Shown here piece after piece: positions 25,179 through 32,734 of a stretch of 32,734 nucleotides of DNA. The DNA lies in the NCBI GenBank assembly GCA_964593915.1, contig CAZQLB010000001.1:1-32734 (forward strand), written 5' to 3'. The notes below the pieces were generated by a model. That model was not told where the DNA came from. It did not search any database and saw only the letters and a list, made by a program, of their open reading frames with translations. The DNA is from an uncultured Pseudobdellovibrionaceae bacterium (GTDB lineage: Bacteria > Pseudomonadota > Alphaproteobacteria > Micavibrionales > Micavibrionaceae). Each line of letters begins with the position of its first letter. Position 1 is the stretch's first letter. Made by a program: the position numbers and the translations under genes.

Positions 25179-26873
25179 ATGTCTGATTTTTTGAACGCAT
25201 TCCCACCTGACAAGGTCATTTTTATCCCCCTGGGCGGTTGCCAGGAATTTGGGATCAATTTGAATGTCTACGGATATAATGGAAAATGGCTGGTTGTGGA
25301 TTGCGGGATCGGGTTTACCCAGGACCAAAAACATCCGGGTCTTGATGCCTTGTTGCCGGATCCCACGTTTCTTGAAGATCATCGCGATGATATCTTGGGT
25401 ATTTTAATCACCCATGCGCACGAGGATCATGTGGGCGCTATTCCTTATTTGTGGTCACGCCTTAAATGCCCTGTATACTGCACGCCTTTTACAGCGTCGT
25501 TTTTGAAACGCAAGTGCAGCGAATTTGAAGAGGTGCGGGATGTTATCACCATTCGTGAGATGAAGCCGGATCAGATTTTAGATCTATCTCCATTCAAGGT
25601 GAAAGTTGTGGGTGTTACGCATTCGACCCCCACCACTGTTTCTTTTATCATTGATACGCCGCTTGGTACCGTTGTTCATGGCAATGAATGGACACTGGAT
25701 CCCGCACCGGCGGTTGGTCCCCTGACCAACCGGGAGGTTTTTAAATCATCGGGTCGGCAAGGGGTTTTGGCCTATATCGGTGATTCAACAAATGCCCCGT
25801 ATTCAGGGGCGTCGCTGGGTGAAGGCGTGGTCCAGGACGGGATGACCCGTGTGATGCAGCGCGCAGAAGGACGCGTGATTGTCACCATGTTTGCATCAAA
25901 CGTGGGGCGCCTTGTGACCCTTGCAAAGGCGGCGCGGGATTGCGGGCGGCAGGTTTGTGTTTTGGGACGGTCTCTTTTTAATTATTCGGCGATTGCCCGG
26001 GACCATCATATGCTTTCGTCCATTCCGCCGTTATTATCCCCGGCTGAGGCGGCTGCCTTGCCCGACCATGCTGTGGCGTATGTTGTGACGGGTGCCCAGG
26101 GGGAGCCGCGCGCTGTTCTGTCCCGTATTGCGCGGGGACAGCATTCTGACCTAACTGTTCATGCGGGGGACACGATTATTTTCTCGGCCCGGGCGATTCC
26201 GGGAAATGAAGCAGCGATTACGCGTTTGAAAAGTGATTTAATGGCGGCGGGGGCTGTGGTCATCGATCATGAAAATACATCTGAAACCATTCATGTGACG
26301 GGACATGCGTACCGCGAAGAGATTATGGAGATGCTGGATTGGGTGCGCCCCCAGATTGTTATTCCTATTCATGGTGAACGTTTCCATCTGGAGGCACAGG
26401 CAGATTTGGCGCGCCAGAAACAGGTGCCACATGTTCATGTACCCGAAAATGGATCCGTTCTGGTGCTGGGTCCTGATGGTGTTTCGGAAATTGGGCGCGT
26501 TCAGGGCGGCGTTTTGGGGGTTGAGCCATCCCGGATTATATCAATGGATCACCCGGCCCTTCGTGAACGGCAGCAATTACCAGAGACAGGCGCGTTGTTT
26601 ATCAGTGTTGTCTTGTCTCCAAAAGGGGATTTGAAGACAGATATCCAGATTTCGGGTATGGGTCTTTTTGATCTGGACGATCCGGATGATCAGGCCTTAA
26701 TCGCGGATATGCGGGCCGGGCTTGCTGATCGCCTTAAACAACTTTCAAAACTGTCGGACCGTGTGGACCATGTTGCTTTTGTTGCCGAGGAGCTGCGGCT
26801 TTGTGCGCGGCGGCTTGTGAATACAGCGCTGGGGTTTAAACCCAAGACAAGTGTTCATGTTGTGCAGATTTGA
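25179..26873 (+). CDS. rnj: ribonuclease J (metallo-beta-lactamase / beta-CASP family)
   Basis: HxHxDH motif (THAHEDHVGAIPYLW). beta-CASP organisation with a late His (HVTGHA; IPIHGE). 564 aa. Conserved position after birA in alphaproteobacteria. Confidence 0.92.
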   Translation: MSDFLNAFPPDKVIFIPLGGCQEFGINLNVYGYNGKWLVVDCGIGFTQDQKHPGLDALLPDPTFLEDHRDDILGILITHAHEDHVGAIPYLWSRLKCPVYCTPFTASFLKRKCSEFEEVRDVITIREMKPDQILDLSPFKVKVVGVTHSTPTTVSFIIDTPLGTVVHGNEWTLDPAPAVGPLTNREVFKSSGRQGVLAYIGDSTNAPYSGASLGEGVVQDGMTRVMQRAEGRVIVTMFASNVGRLVTLAKAARDCGRQVCVLGRSLFNYSAIARDHHMLSSIPPLLSPAEAAALPDHAVAYVVTGAQGEPRAVLSRIARGQHSDLTVHAGDTIIFSARAIPGNEAAITRLKSDLMAAGAVVIDHENTSETIHVTGHAYREEIMEMLDWVRPQIVIPIHGERFHLEAQADLARQKQVPHVHVPENGSVLVLGPDGVSEIGRVQGGVLGVEPSRIISMDHPALRERQQLPETGALFISVVLSPKGDLKTDIQISGMGLFDLDDPDDQALIADMRAGLADRLKQLSKLSDRVDHVAFVAEELRLCARRLVNTALGFKPKTSVHVVQI

Positions 26874-26894
26874 TGGTGGCTAAGGTCTTTTATT

Positions 26895-27176
26895 ATGTCA
26901 TATGTTTCTGATATTGTTTTCTTTCTGCTGATTTGGTGGGTTGTTTTTTTTACAACCTTGTCGGTTGGGAACCGTTTGCCTGAAAAGCAAGAAACGGGTC
27001 ACGCGGGCAGTGCGCCCGAAAACCATAATATGGGGCGGAAGGCGCTGGCGACGACCGGGATGGCGGTCTTACTGTGGCTCGTTTTGAACCCGTTGTTCCA
27101 AAATTGGTTGGGCCAGGTGCGGTATCAGGCCAAGGAAATGGCCATTCATGATTTGGAAGAAGACCTCCAAAAATAG
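26895..27176 (+). CDS. DUF1467-family small membrane protein
   Basis: 93 aa with two TM helices flanking a GHAGSAPE… loop. It sits in the position between rnj and proS that DUF1467 genes typically occupy in alphaproteobacteria (from my recollection of the family). Confidence 0.7.
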   Translation: MSYVSDIVFFLLIWWVVFFTTLSVGNRLPEKQETGHAGSAPENHNMGRKALATTGMAVLLWLVLNPLFQNWLGQVRYQAKEMAIHDLEEDLQK

Positions 27177-27284
27177 GATCTGGCTGTAAAAATCCTATAA
27201 TTTGTGGGCAATCGCGCTGTTACTCTGGACATCTTTTATAAAATCCCCTTATGATGCCTCATGCTTTTTTATTGAGGTGGTTTT

Positions 27285-28556
27285 ATGCGCTTTTCACAGC
27301 TTTTTGTTCATACAGTCAAAGAAAATCCAGCCGAGGAAGACAGCGTAAATGCGCGCTATCTGACCCGGGGCGGGTTTGTTCGTAAAGTTATGGCGGGGGT
27401 TTATACGTATATGCCTTTGGGCCTTCGGGTTTTAAATAAGATCGAAAATATTGTCCGGGATGAAATGAATGCGATTGGCGCGCATGAGATTTTGATGCCG
27501 GCCTTGCAACCGTCCGAATTTTGGAAACAGACGGGTCGTTGGGACGGTATTGATGTTATGTTTAAATTAAAAGGGGCAGGGGATCGTGACCTGGCCCTGG
27601 GGTGCACGCACGAAGAAATTGTCACTCCTTTGGTTGGTGAATTTATTCAGTCATATCGGGATTTGCCGATTGCAACATATCAAATTCAAACAAAGTTCCG
27701 GAATGAGGCGCGCGCCAAGTCGGGGATCTTGCGCGGCCGTGAATTTCGGATGAAGGACATGTATTCCTTTGACACAACCGAGGAGGGGATGAACGCCTTT
27801 TACGACCGGGCGCACAAGGCCTATACCAAGGTATATGATCGCTGCGGCATTGGTGATATTACCTATTTTACTTATGCATCGGGCGGTGTCTTTTCAAAAT
27901 ATTCGCATGAATATCAAATGCTGACGCCTTATGGTGAAGATCATATTCATATTTGTGACAAGTGCCGGATTGCGATTAACGAAGAAATTATTGATGACCT
28001 GAATCGCGCCTGTCCGGAGTGTGGTAACAAAGATTTGCGTTCTGAAAAAGCGATTGAGGTTGGGAATATTTTTAAACTGATGACCCGTTTTTCGGATGCT
28101 TTTGGATTAAAATATAATGACCAAAATGGTGCCCAGCAGGACAATGTTTATATGGGCTGTTATGGTATTGGGTCGTCCCGTGTGATGGGCGCGGTGGTCG
28201 AAGCTTCGCACGATGATGCGGGTATTATTTGGCCTGGGTCCATTGCTCCGTTTGATATCGGGCTTTTGAATCTGAAGGTTGGCGATGCCGCCGCTGATGC
28301 TGCCTGTACAGATATTTATAATGCCCTGAAAAAAGACGGAATGGATGTTTTGTATGATGATCGTGACGAACGTGCCGGCAGCAAGTTTGCCGATATGGAT
28401 TTAATCGGATTGCCATGGCAGGTGATCGTGGGGCCAAAAGGCCTGGCCGAGGGTAAAGTAGAAATCAAAAATCGTAAAACCGGTGAACGTTTGGATTGTC
28501 CACTGAGTCAGGTGGTTGCCTATTTAACCCAGCAGGATCAACGTCAGGTGGCATGA
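27285..28556 (+). CDS. proS: proline--tRNA ligase (short bacterial type lacking the large INS editing domain)
   Basis: Class II motifs: YQIQTKFRNEARAKSGILRGREFRMKDMYSF (motif 2 region) and GCYGIGSSRVMGAV (motif 3). C-terminal anticodon-binding domain. 423 aa. Confidence 0.93.
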   Translation: MRFSQLFVHTVKENPAEEDSVNARYLTRGGFVRKVMAGVYTYMPLGLRVLNKIENIVRDEMNAIGAHEILMPALQPSEFWKQTGRWDGIDVMFKLKGAGDRDLALGCTHEEIVTPLVGEFIQSYRDLPIATYQIQTKFRNEARAKSGILRGREFRMKDMYSFDTTEEGMNAFYDRAHKAYTKVYDRCGIGDITYFTYASGGVFSKYSHEYQMLTPYGEDHIHICDKCRIAINEEIIDDLNRACPECGNKDLRSEKAIEVGNIFKLMTRFSDAFGLKYNDQNGAQQDNVYMGCYGIGSSRVMGAVVEASHDDAGIIWPGSIAPFDIGLLNLKVGDAAADAACTDIYNALKKDGMDVLYDDRDERAGSKFADMDLIGLPWQVIVGPKGLAEGKVEIKNRKTGERLDCPLSQVVAYLTQQDQRQVA

Positions 28557-28557
28557 A

Positions 28558-29799
28558 ATGTTTAGCCCGTATGAACGTATGATGGCATGGCGATATTTGC
28601 GAGCCCGTAAAGCCGAGGGGTTTGTGTCTGTGATCGCGGCATTTTCCTTTTTGGGGATTATGCTGGGCGTTGCCACGTTAATTATTGTTATGTCCGTCAT
28701 GAATGGATTTCGGGCCGAGCTGATTAACCGTATGCTGGGCCTGAATGGTCATTTAATGGTGTATGCGCAGGATTCTCCTCTTGTTGACTATATGGGCTTG
28801 GCCGATCGCGTGCGTGTCGTTCCGGGTGTTGTATCTGCGTCCCCGATGGTGGAGGGGCAGGCCCTGATGACTGTTTCCGGATCAGCCAGCGGCGTGATGG
28901 TGCGTGGGTTTGATCCAGTCGATTTTTCGAAGAAAGAGATGATCAAGACACATATCTCTGATGGCCTAATGGAGGATTTTTCAGGGACCCGCGTGGCCAT
29001 TGGTATTAAAATGGCGGATCGTTTGGGGTTGAAAATCGGTGATACGATTACCCTTTTGTCTCCTAAAATCCGTTCGGGCCCCTTTGGATCCATCCCGCGG
29101 ATGCAGGCGTTTCAAGTCGCCTTGATCTTTGATGTGGGGATGTATGAATTTGATAATAGCTTTGTCTTTATGCCCCTTGCGGCAGCGCAGGCGTTTTTCA
29201 GTATGCCGGGACAGGTTAATTCGATTGAGGTGATGACGGTAAACCCATCTGATGTGGACCGTTTAAAACCAAGATTAGTTGACGCGGTCGCCGGTGAAGC
29301 CGGGGTGTATGACTGGCAAGCCACGAATCAAACGTTCTTTAATGCGCTGAAAGTGGAGCGGAATGTGATGTTTTTGATTTTAACGCTTATTATCTTGGTT
29401 GCGGCGTTTAATATCATTTCATCGATGATTATGATGGTTAAGGATAAAACACGCGATATTGCAATTATGCGGACCATGGGGGCCAGTTCCATGAGCATGA
29501 TGCGGATCTTTATGCTGACCGGAGCCAGTGTTGGATTTCTGGGGACGATTTTTGGTGCATTTATTGGGGTGACATTTGCCATGAACATAGAAGAGGTTCG
29601 CCAGATCTTGCAATCGATCACAGGGGCGAAACTATTCCCTGATGAAATTTATTTCCTATCGCAGTTACCATCCAAAATTGATCCCGCAGAAGTTATTTTT
29701 GTGATTGCGATGGCTTTTATCCTTTCTATTCTCGCTACGTTATACCCGGCATGGCGGGCCGCGCGCCTTAACCCGGTTGAGGCAATTCGTTATGAGTAA
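28558..29799 (+). CDS. lolC: lipoprotein-releasing ABC transporter permease (LolC/E family)
   Basis: FtsX/MacB-type topology: TM1, a ~220-aa periplasmic domain, then 3 TM. N-terminus ERMMAWRYLRARK…FVSVIA and C-terminus …YPAWRAARLNPVEAIRYE are typical of LolC/E. Followed by lolD. Confidence 0.9.
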   Translation: MFSPYERMMAWRYLRARKAEGFVSVIAAFSFLGIMLGVATLIIVMSVMNGFRAELINRMLGLNGHLMVYAQDSPLVDYMGLADRVRVVPGVVSASPMVEGQALMTVSGSASGVMVRGFDPVDFSKKEMIKTHISDGLMEDFSGTRVAIGIKMADRLGLKIGDTITLLSPKIRSGPFGSIPRMQAFQVALIFDVGMYEFDNSFVFMPLAAAQAFFSMPGQVNSIEVMTVNPSDVDRLKPRLVDAVAGEAGVYDWQATNQTFFNALKVERNVMFLILTLIILVAAFNIISSMIMMVKDKTRDIAIMRTMGASSMSMMRIFMLTGASVGFLGTIFGAFIGVTFAMNIEEVRQILQSITGAKLFPDEIYFLSQLPSKIDPAEVIFVIAMAFILSILATLYPAWRAARLNPVEAIRYE

Positions 29800-30508
29800 A
29801 CACGAAGAAATAGAGATGACCGTGTCTTATCGCGCGCCCTTACTGATGGTTCAGAATCTGGGACATGCGTTTACGCAGGGCGGCGAGCATTTGACAGTTT
29901 TTAAAGATGTTGGTTTCCAGATTGAACGCGGCGAGATCGTTGCGCTTGTGGGCCCAAGCGGCGCGGGGAAATCCACTTTGTTACAAATGGTGGGATTACT
30001 GGACCATCCAGCGTCCGGGCAAGTGATTATTGATGGCAAGACAGTATCGGGAAAAGAAGATTATATCCGCACAGCCTTGCGCCGGGATCATATTGGATTT
30101 GTGTACCAGTTTCATCATTTGCTACCCGAATTTTCAGCACTTGAAAACGTGATGATCCCCCAGATGATTGCGGATGTTCCGGCGCACAAGGCACGGGCCA
30201 AGGCCAGTGGGCTTTTGGATTTAATGGGACTGTCTCACCGCTTGATGCACCGGCCTGCACGGCTTTCGGGCGGTGAACAACAACGTGTCGCGATTGCACG
30301 TGCGCTTGCGAATTCACCCAAGTTATTACTGGCCGATGAGCCGACGGGTAATTTGGATCCAGAAACGGCCCAGCATGTTTTTGATATACTGCTTAAAATG
30401 GTGCGTACCATGAATATGGGGGCCTTGATTGCCACGCATAATATGGAACTGGCCCGAAAAATGGATCGTATTTTAGAATTAAAATCCGGTGTCTTGCGGG
30501 AAGGGTAG
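29792..30508 (+). CDS. lolD: lipoprotein-releasing system ATP-binding protein
   Basis: Walker A GPSGAGKST, signature LSGGEQQRVAIARAL, Walker B LLLADEPTGNLD. ATG 29792 overlaps the lolC stop. The ORF-track extension to 29705 lies inside lolC. Confidence 0.93.
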   Translation: MSKHEEIEMTVSYRAPLLMVQNLGHAFTQGGEHLTVFKDVGFQIERGEIVALVGPSGAGKSTLLQMVGLLDHPASGQVIIDGKTVSGKEDYIRTALRRDHIGFVYQFHHLLPEFSALENVMIPQMIADVPAHKARAKASGLLDLMGLSHRLMHRPARLSGGEQQRVAIARALANSPKLLLADEPTGNLDPETAQHVFDILLKMVRTMNMGALIATHNMELARKMDRILELKSGVLREG

Positions 30509-30517
30509 ATCTGTTTT

Positions 30518-32734
30518 ATGACGGCGCCTTACATTCATCTTCATGTACATTCGGCTTATTCTTTGGCTGAAGGCGCGATTAAGGTAAAAGACCTTGTCAA
30601 AACGTGCATCAAATATGATATGCCCGCGGTGGCGATCACGGATACAAATAATCTGTTTGGTGCGATGGAATTATCGCTTGAGGCATCAAAGGCGGGGGTC
30701 CAGCCTATTGTAGGGGTGCAGCTGAATATAGCTGATTTAGGGCAGATTGTTTTATTGGTACAAAGCGAGATTGGCTATCGCAATTTATCGGCACTTGTGT
30801 CTATTGCTCATTTGGAATCCAGGGACCTACACCAGCCAGCTATATCGATGGCCGATTTAACACACGCGGCAACCGAGGGGCTTATTTGCCTTTCAGGCGG
30901 TATACGCGGCGGCATTGGACGCGCTATCCTGGCAGGAAAGGCCGCCGAAGCACGTGCCCTGGCGCAGACGTTTTTGGATATTTTCGGTGACCGATATTAT
31001 ATTGAAATACAGCGTCATCATTTGCCGGATGAACAGCGGTCGGAAGAGGATATATTGGATATCGCCTATGATTTGGGTATTCCGATTGTTGCCACGAATG
31101 ATGCTTATTTTTTAAAACGCGATATGCATTTGGCGCATGATGCGTTGCTGTGTATCGCGGCGGGACGGTACATATCCGAAACGGATCGCCGTACCGAAAC
31201 GCCTGATCACTATTTTAAAACCGCAGCCGAGATGGAAGATCTGTTTTTCGATTTACCAGAGGCCATTGAAAATACATCCGTGATTGCGCGGCGATGCGGA
31301 TATATCCTAAAGACTGTTAAACCACTTCTGCCCCCGTTTAAAACAGAATCAGGTAGAAGCGAAGTTGAGGAATTGCGTGCCCAGGCGTATGAGGGGCTTT
31401 CCTGGCGGCTTGAAAATTACGTATTCCAACCTGATATGAACGATGATCGGCGATCAGAAATACGCAAGCAATATGAACAGCGTTTGGAATACGAACTTGG
31501 GATTATTATCCAAATGGGGTTTCCAGGGTATTTTTTGATCGTTTCTGATTTTATCAAATGGGCAAAGAACAATGATATTCCGGTAGGGCCCGGTCGAGGA
31601 TCGGGGGTGGGATCCCTTGCCGCGTGGTCATTAAAAATCACCGACCTGGATCCGATTCCTTTGGGGCTTTTGTTTGAACGTTTCCTTAATCCTGAACGGG
31701 TTTCGATGCCGGATTTTGATGTGGACTTTTGCCAGGATCGCCGGGATGAGGTGATTAAATATGTCCAGGAACGCTACGGATCCGACCATGTGGCCCAGAT
31801 TATTACATTTGGTAAATTACAGGCCCGTGCGGTTGTGCGTGATGTCGGACGTGTTTTACAAATGCCGTATGGCCAGGTAGACCGTATCGCAAAAATGATC
31901 CCGCAAAACCCGACGAATCCGGTGACATTGGAACAGGCGTTAGAGGCAGATCCTGATTTAAAAACCAGCCTTATGTCGGATGAGACGTCGGCGAAATTGG
32001 TTGAAATTGCCTTGCAACTTGAGGGGATGTATCGGCATGCATCCACTCATGCGGCTGGGATTGTGATTGGGGATCGGCCACTCACTCAGCTGGTTGCCCT
32101 TTATCGTGATCCGAAATCGGATATTCCAGCCACCCAGTTTAATATGAAGTTTGTCGAGCAAACGGGCCTTGTTAAATATGACTTCCTGGGTCTTAAAAAC
32201 TTGACGGTCATAAAGCGGGCCATCAATTATGTACATGAACGTCAAGGGATCGATATTGATATCCTGAAAATCCCGCTGGATGATCCGGAGGCTTATAAAA
32301 CACTTAACAGCGGAAATACAACCGGTCTGTTTCAGGTGGAAAGCGCAGGGATGCGGGATGCGATTAAAAAAATTCGTCCTTCGTGCCTTGAGGATATTAT
32401 CGCGATTTTATCCCTGTATCGTCCAGGTCCTATGGACAATATCCCCGTTTATGGACGTATCAAGGAGGGAAAGGAAGAACCCGATTACATTCACCCCAAA
32501 TTAGAGCCTGTTTTAAGAGAAACTTATGGGATCATGGTGTATCAGGAACAGGTGATGGAGGCCGCGAAAGTTTTATGCGGCTATACCCTGGGCGGTGCCG
32601 ATCTTTTACGCCGTGCGATGGGGAAAAAGATCAAGGCTGAAATGGATGCGCAGCGTTCTGTTTTTGTGAAAGGGGCCGTTGATACATCCGGTCTTGATGA
32701 AAAACGAGCCAGTGAGATTTTTGATCTGATCGCC
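30518..32734 (+). CDS. dnaE: DNA polymerase III subunit alpha, 5' partial (runs off the window end)
   Basis: Frame 2 is open from ATG 30518 to the window end (739 codons) and is not in the ORF track because it has no stop. PHP domain start MTAPYIHLHVHSAYSLAEGAIKV. Palm motif GPGRGSGVGSLAAWSLKITDLDPI translated from 31587 onward. Confidence 0.93.
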   Translation, partial: MTAPYIHLHVHSAYSLAEGAIKVKDLVKTCIKYDMPAVAITDTNNLFGAMELSLEASKAGVQPIVGVQLNIADLGQIVLLVQSEIGYRNLSALVSIAHLESRDLHQPAISMADLTHAATEGLICLSGGIRGGIGRAILAGKAAEARALAQTFLDIFGDRYYIEIQRHHLPDEQRSEEDILDIAYDLGIPIVATNDAYFLKRDMHLAHDALLCIAAGRYISETDRRTETPDHYFKTAAEMEDLFFDLPEAIENTSVIARRCGYILKTVKPLLPPFKTESGRSEVEELRAQAYEGLSWRLENYVFQPDMNDDRRSEIRKQYEQRLEYELGIIIQMGFPGYFLIVSDFIKWAKNNDIPVGPGRGSGVGSLAAWSLKITDLDPIPLGLLFERFLNPERVSMPDFDVDFCQDRRDEVIKYVQERYGSDHVAQIITFGKLQARAVVRDVGRVLQMPYGQVDRIAKMIPQNPTNPVTLEQALEADPDLKTSLMSDETSAKLVEIALQLEGMYRHASTHAAGIVIGDRPLTQLVALYRDPKSDIPATQFNMKFVEQTGLVKYDFLGLKNLTVIKRAINYVHERQGIDIDILKIPLDDPEAYKTLNSGNTTGLFQVESAGMRDAIKKIRPSCLEDIIAILSLYRPGPMDNIPVYGRIKEGKEEPDYIHPKLEPVLRETYGIMVYQEQVMEAAKVLCGYTLGGADLLRRAMGKKIKAEMDAQRSVFVKGAVDTSGLDEKRASEIFDLIA

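Noticed and set aside
27257-27277. A possible hairpin (CCTCA…TGAGG) overlapping the proS RBS, considered as a translational attenuator or T-box-like element.
   Set aside because: The stem is only 5 bp with an 11-nt loop. The 108-bp leader is far too short for a T-box, and no specifier or antiterminator architecture is visible.
27945-28030. Paired CxxC motifs in ProRS (HICDKCRIAINEE…ACPECGNKDL) that resemble an inserted zinc ribbon.
   Set aside because: Bacterial-type ProRS enzymes appear to carry these Cys pairs either side of the INS position. In this short form the two halves are simply juxtaposed because the editing domain is absent. It is probably ancestral, not novel.
1-32734. A scan for CRISPR arrays, tRNA/rRNA genes, IS transposases, integrases and reverse transcriptases.
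   Set aside because: The only tandem periodicities are in-frame coding repeats in the autotransporter. Intergenic regions are short (at most 342 bp) and showed no cloverleaf-like or repeat-spacer structure. No ORF carries DDE, tyrosine-recombinase or RT motifs that I could recognise.

Overview
This 32.7-kb window looks like chromosomal DNA from an alphaproteobacterium. The call rests on gene content and order: nuoA-N, then birA, RNase J, DUF1467, proS, lolC/E, lolD and dnaE, all on the + strand. The left 6 kb is accessory. It holds the tail end of a phage-derived gene string (a truncated structural-like gene, two small ORFs and a holin-like 2-TM protein), an alpha/beta-hydrolase lipoprotein, and a 1163-aa autotransporter on the - strand. 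The autotransporter has a Gly-rich, highly repetitive passenger domain. The most unusual feature is the complex I operon itself. nuoA-D and nuoG-N are tightly packed, but three consecutive junctions each carry a different foreign cassette. (1) nuoD/nuoE holds a 350-bp GIY-YIG nuclease gene bounded by 28-bp hairpin-forming terminal inverted repeats. (2) nuoE/nuoF holds an antisense, translationally coupled Na+/solute symporter plus Nudix hydrolase pair; the symporter has a natural poly-His tail. (3) nuoF/nuoG holds an in-sense MntA/HepT (MNT/HEPN, type VII) toxin-antitoxin pair with 6-bp and 0-bp spacers. I saw no rRNA, tRNA or CRISPR array. Everything is inferred by eye from motifs in the supplied translations and the raw sequence; no searches were run.
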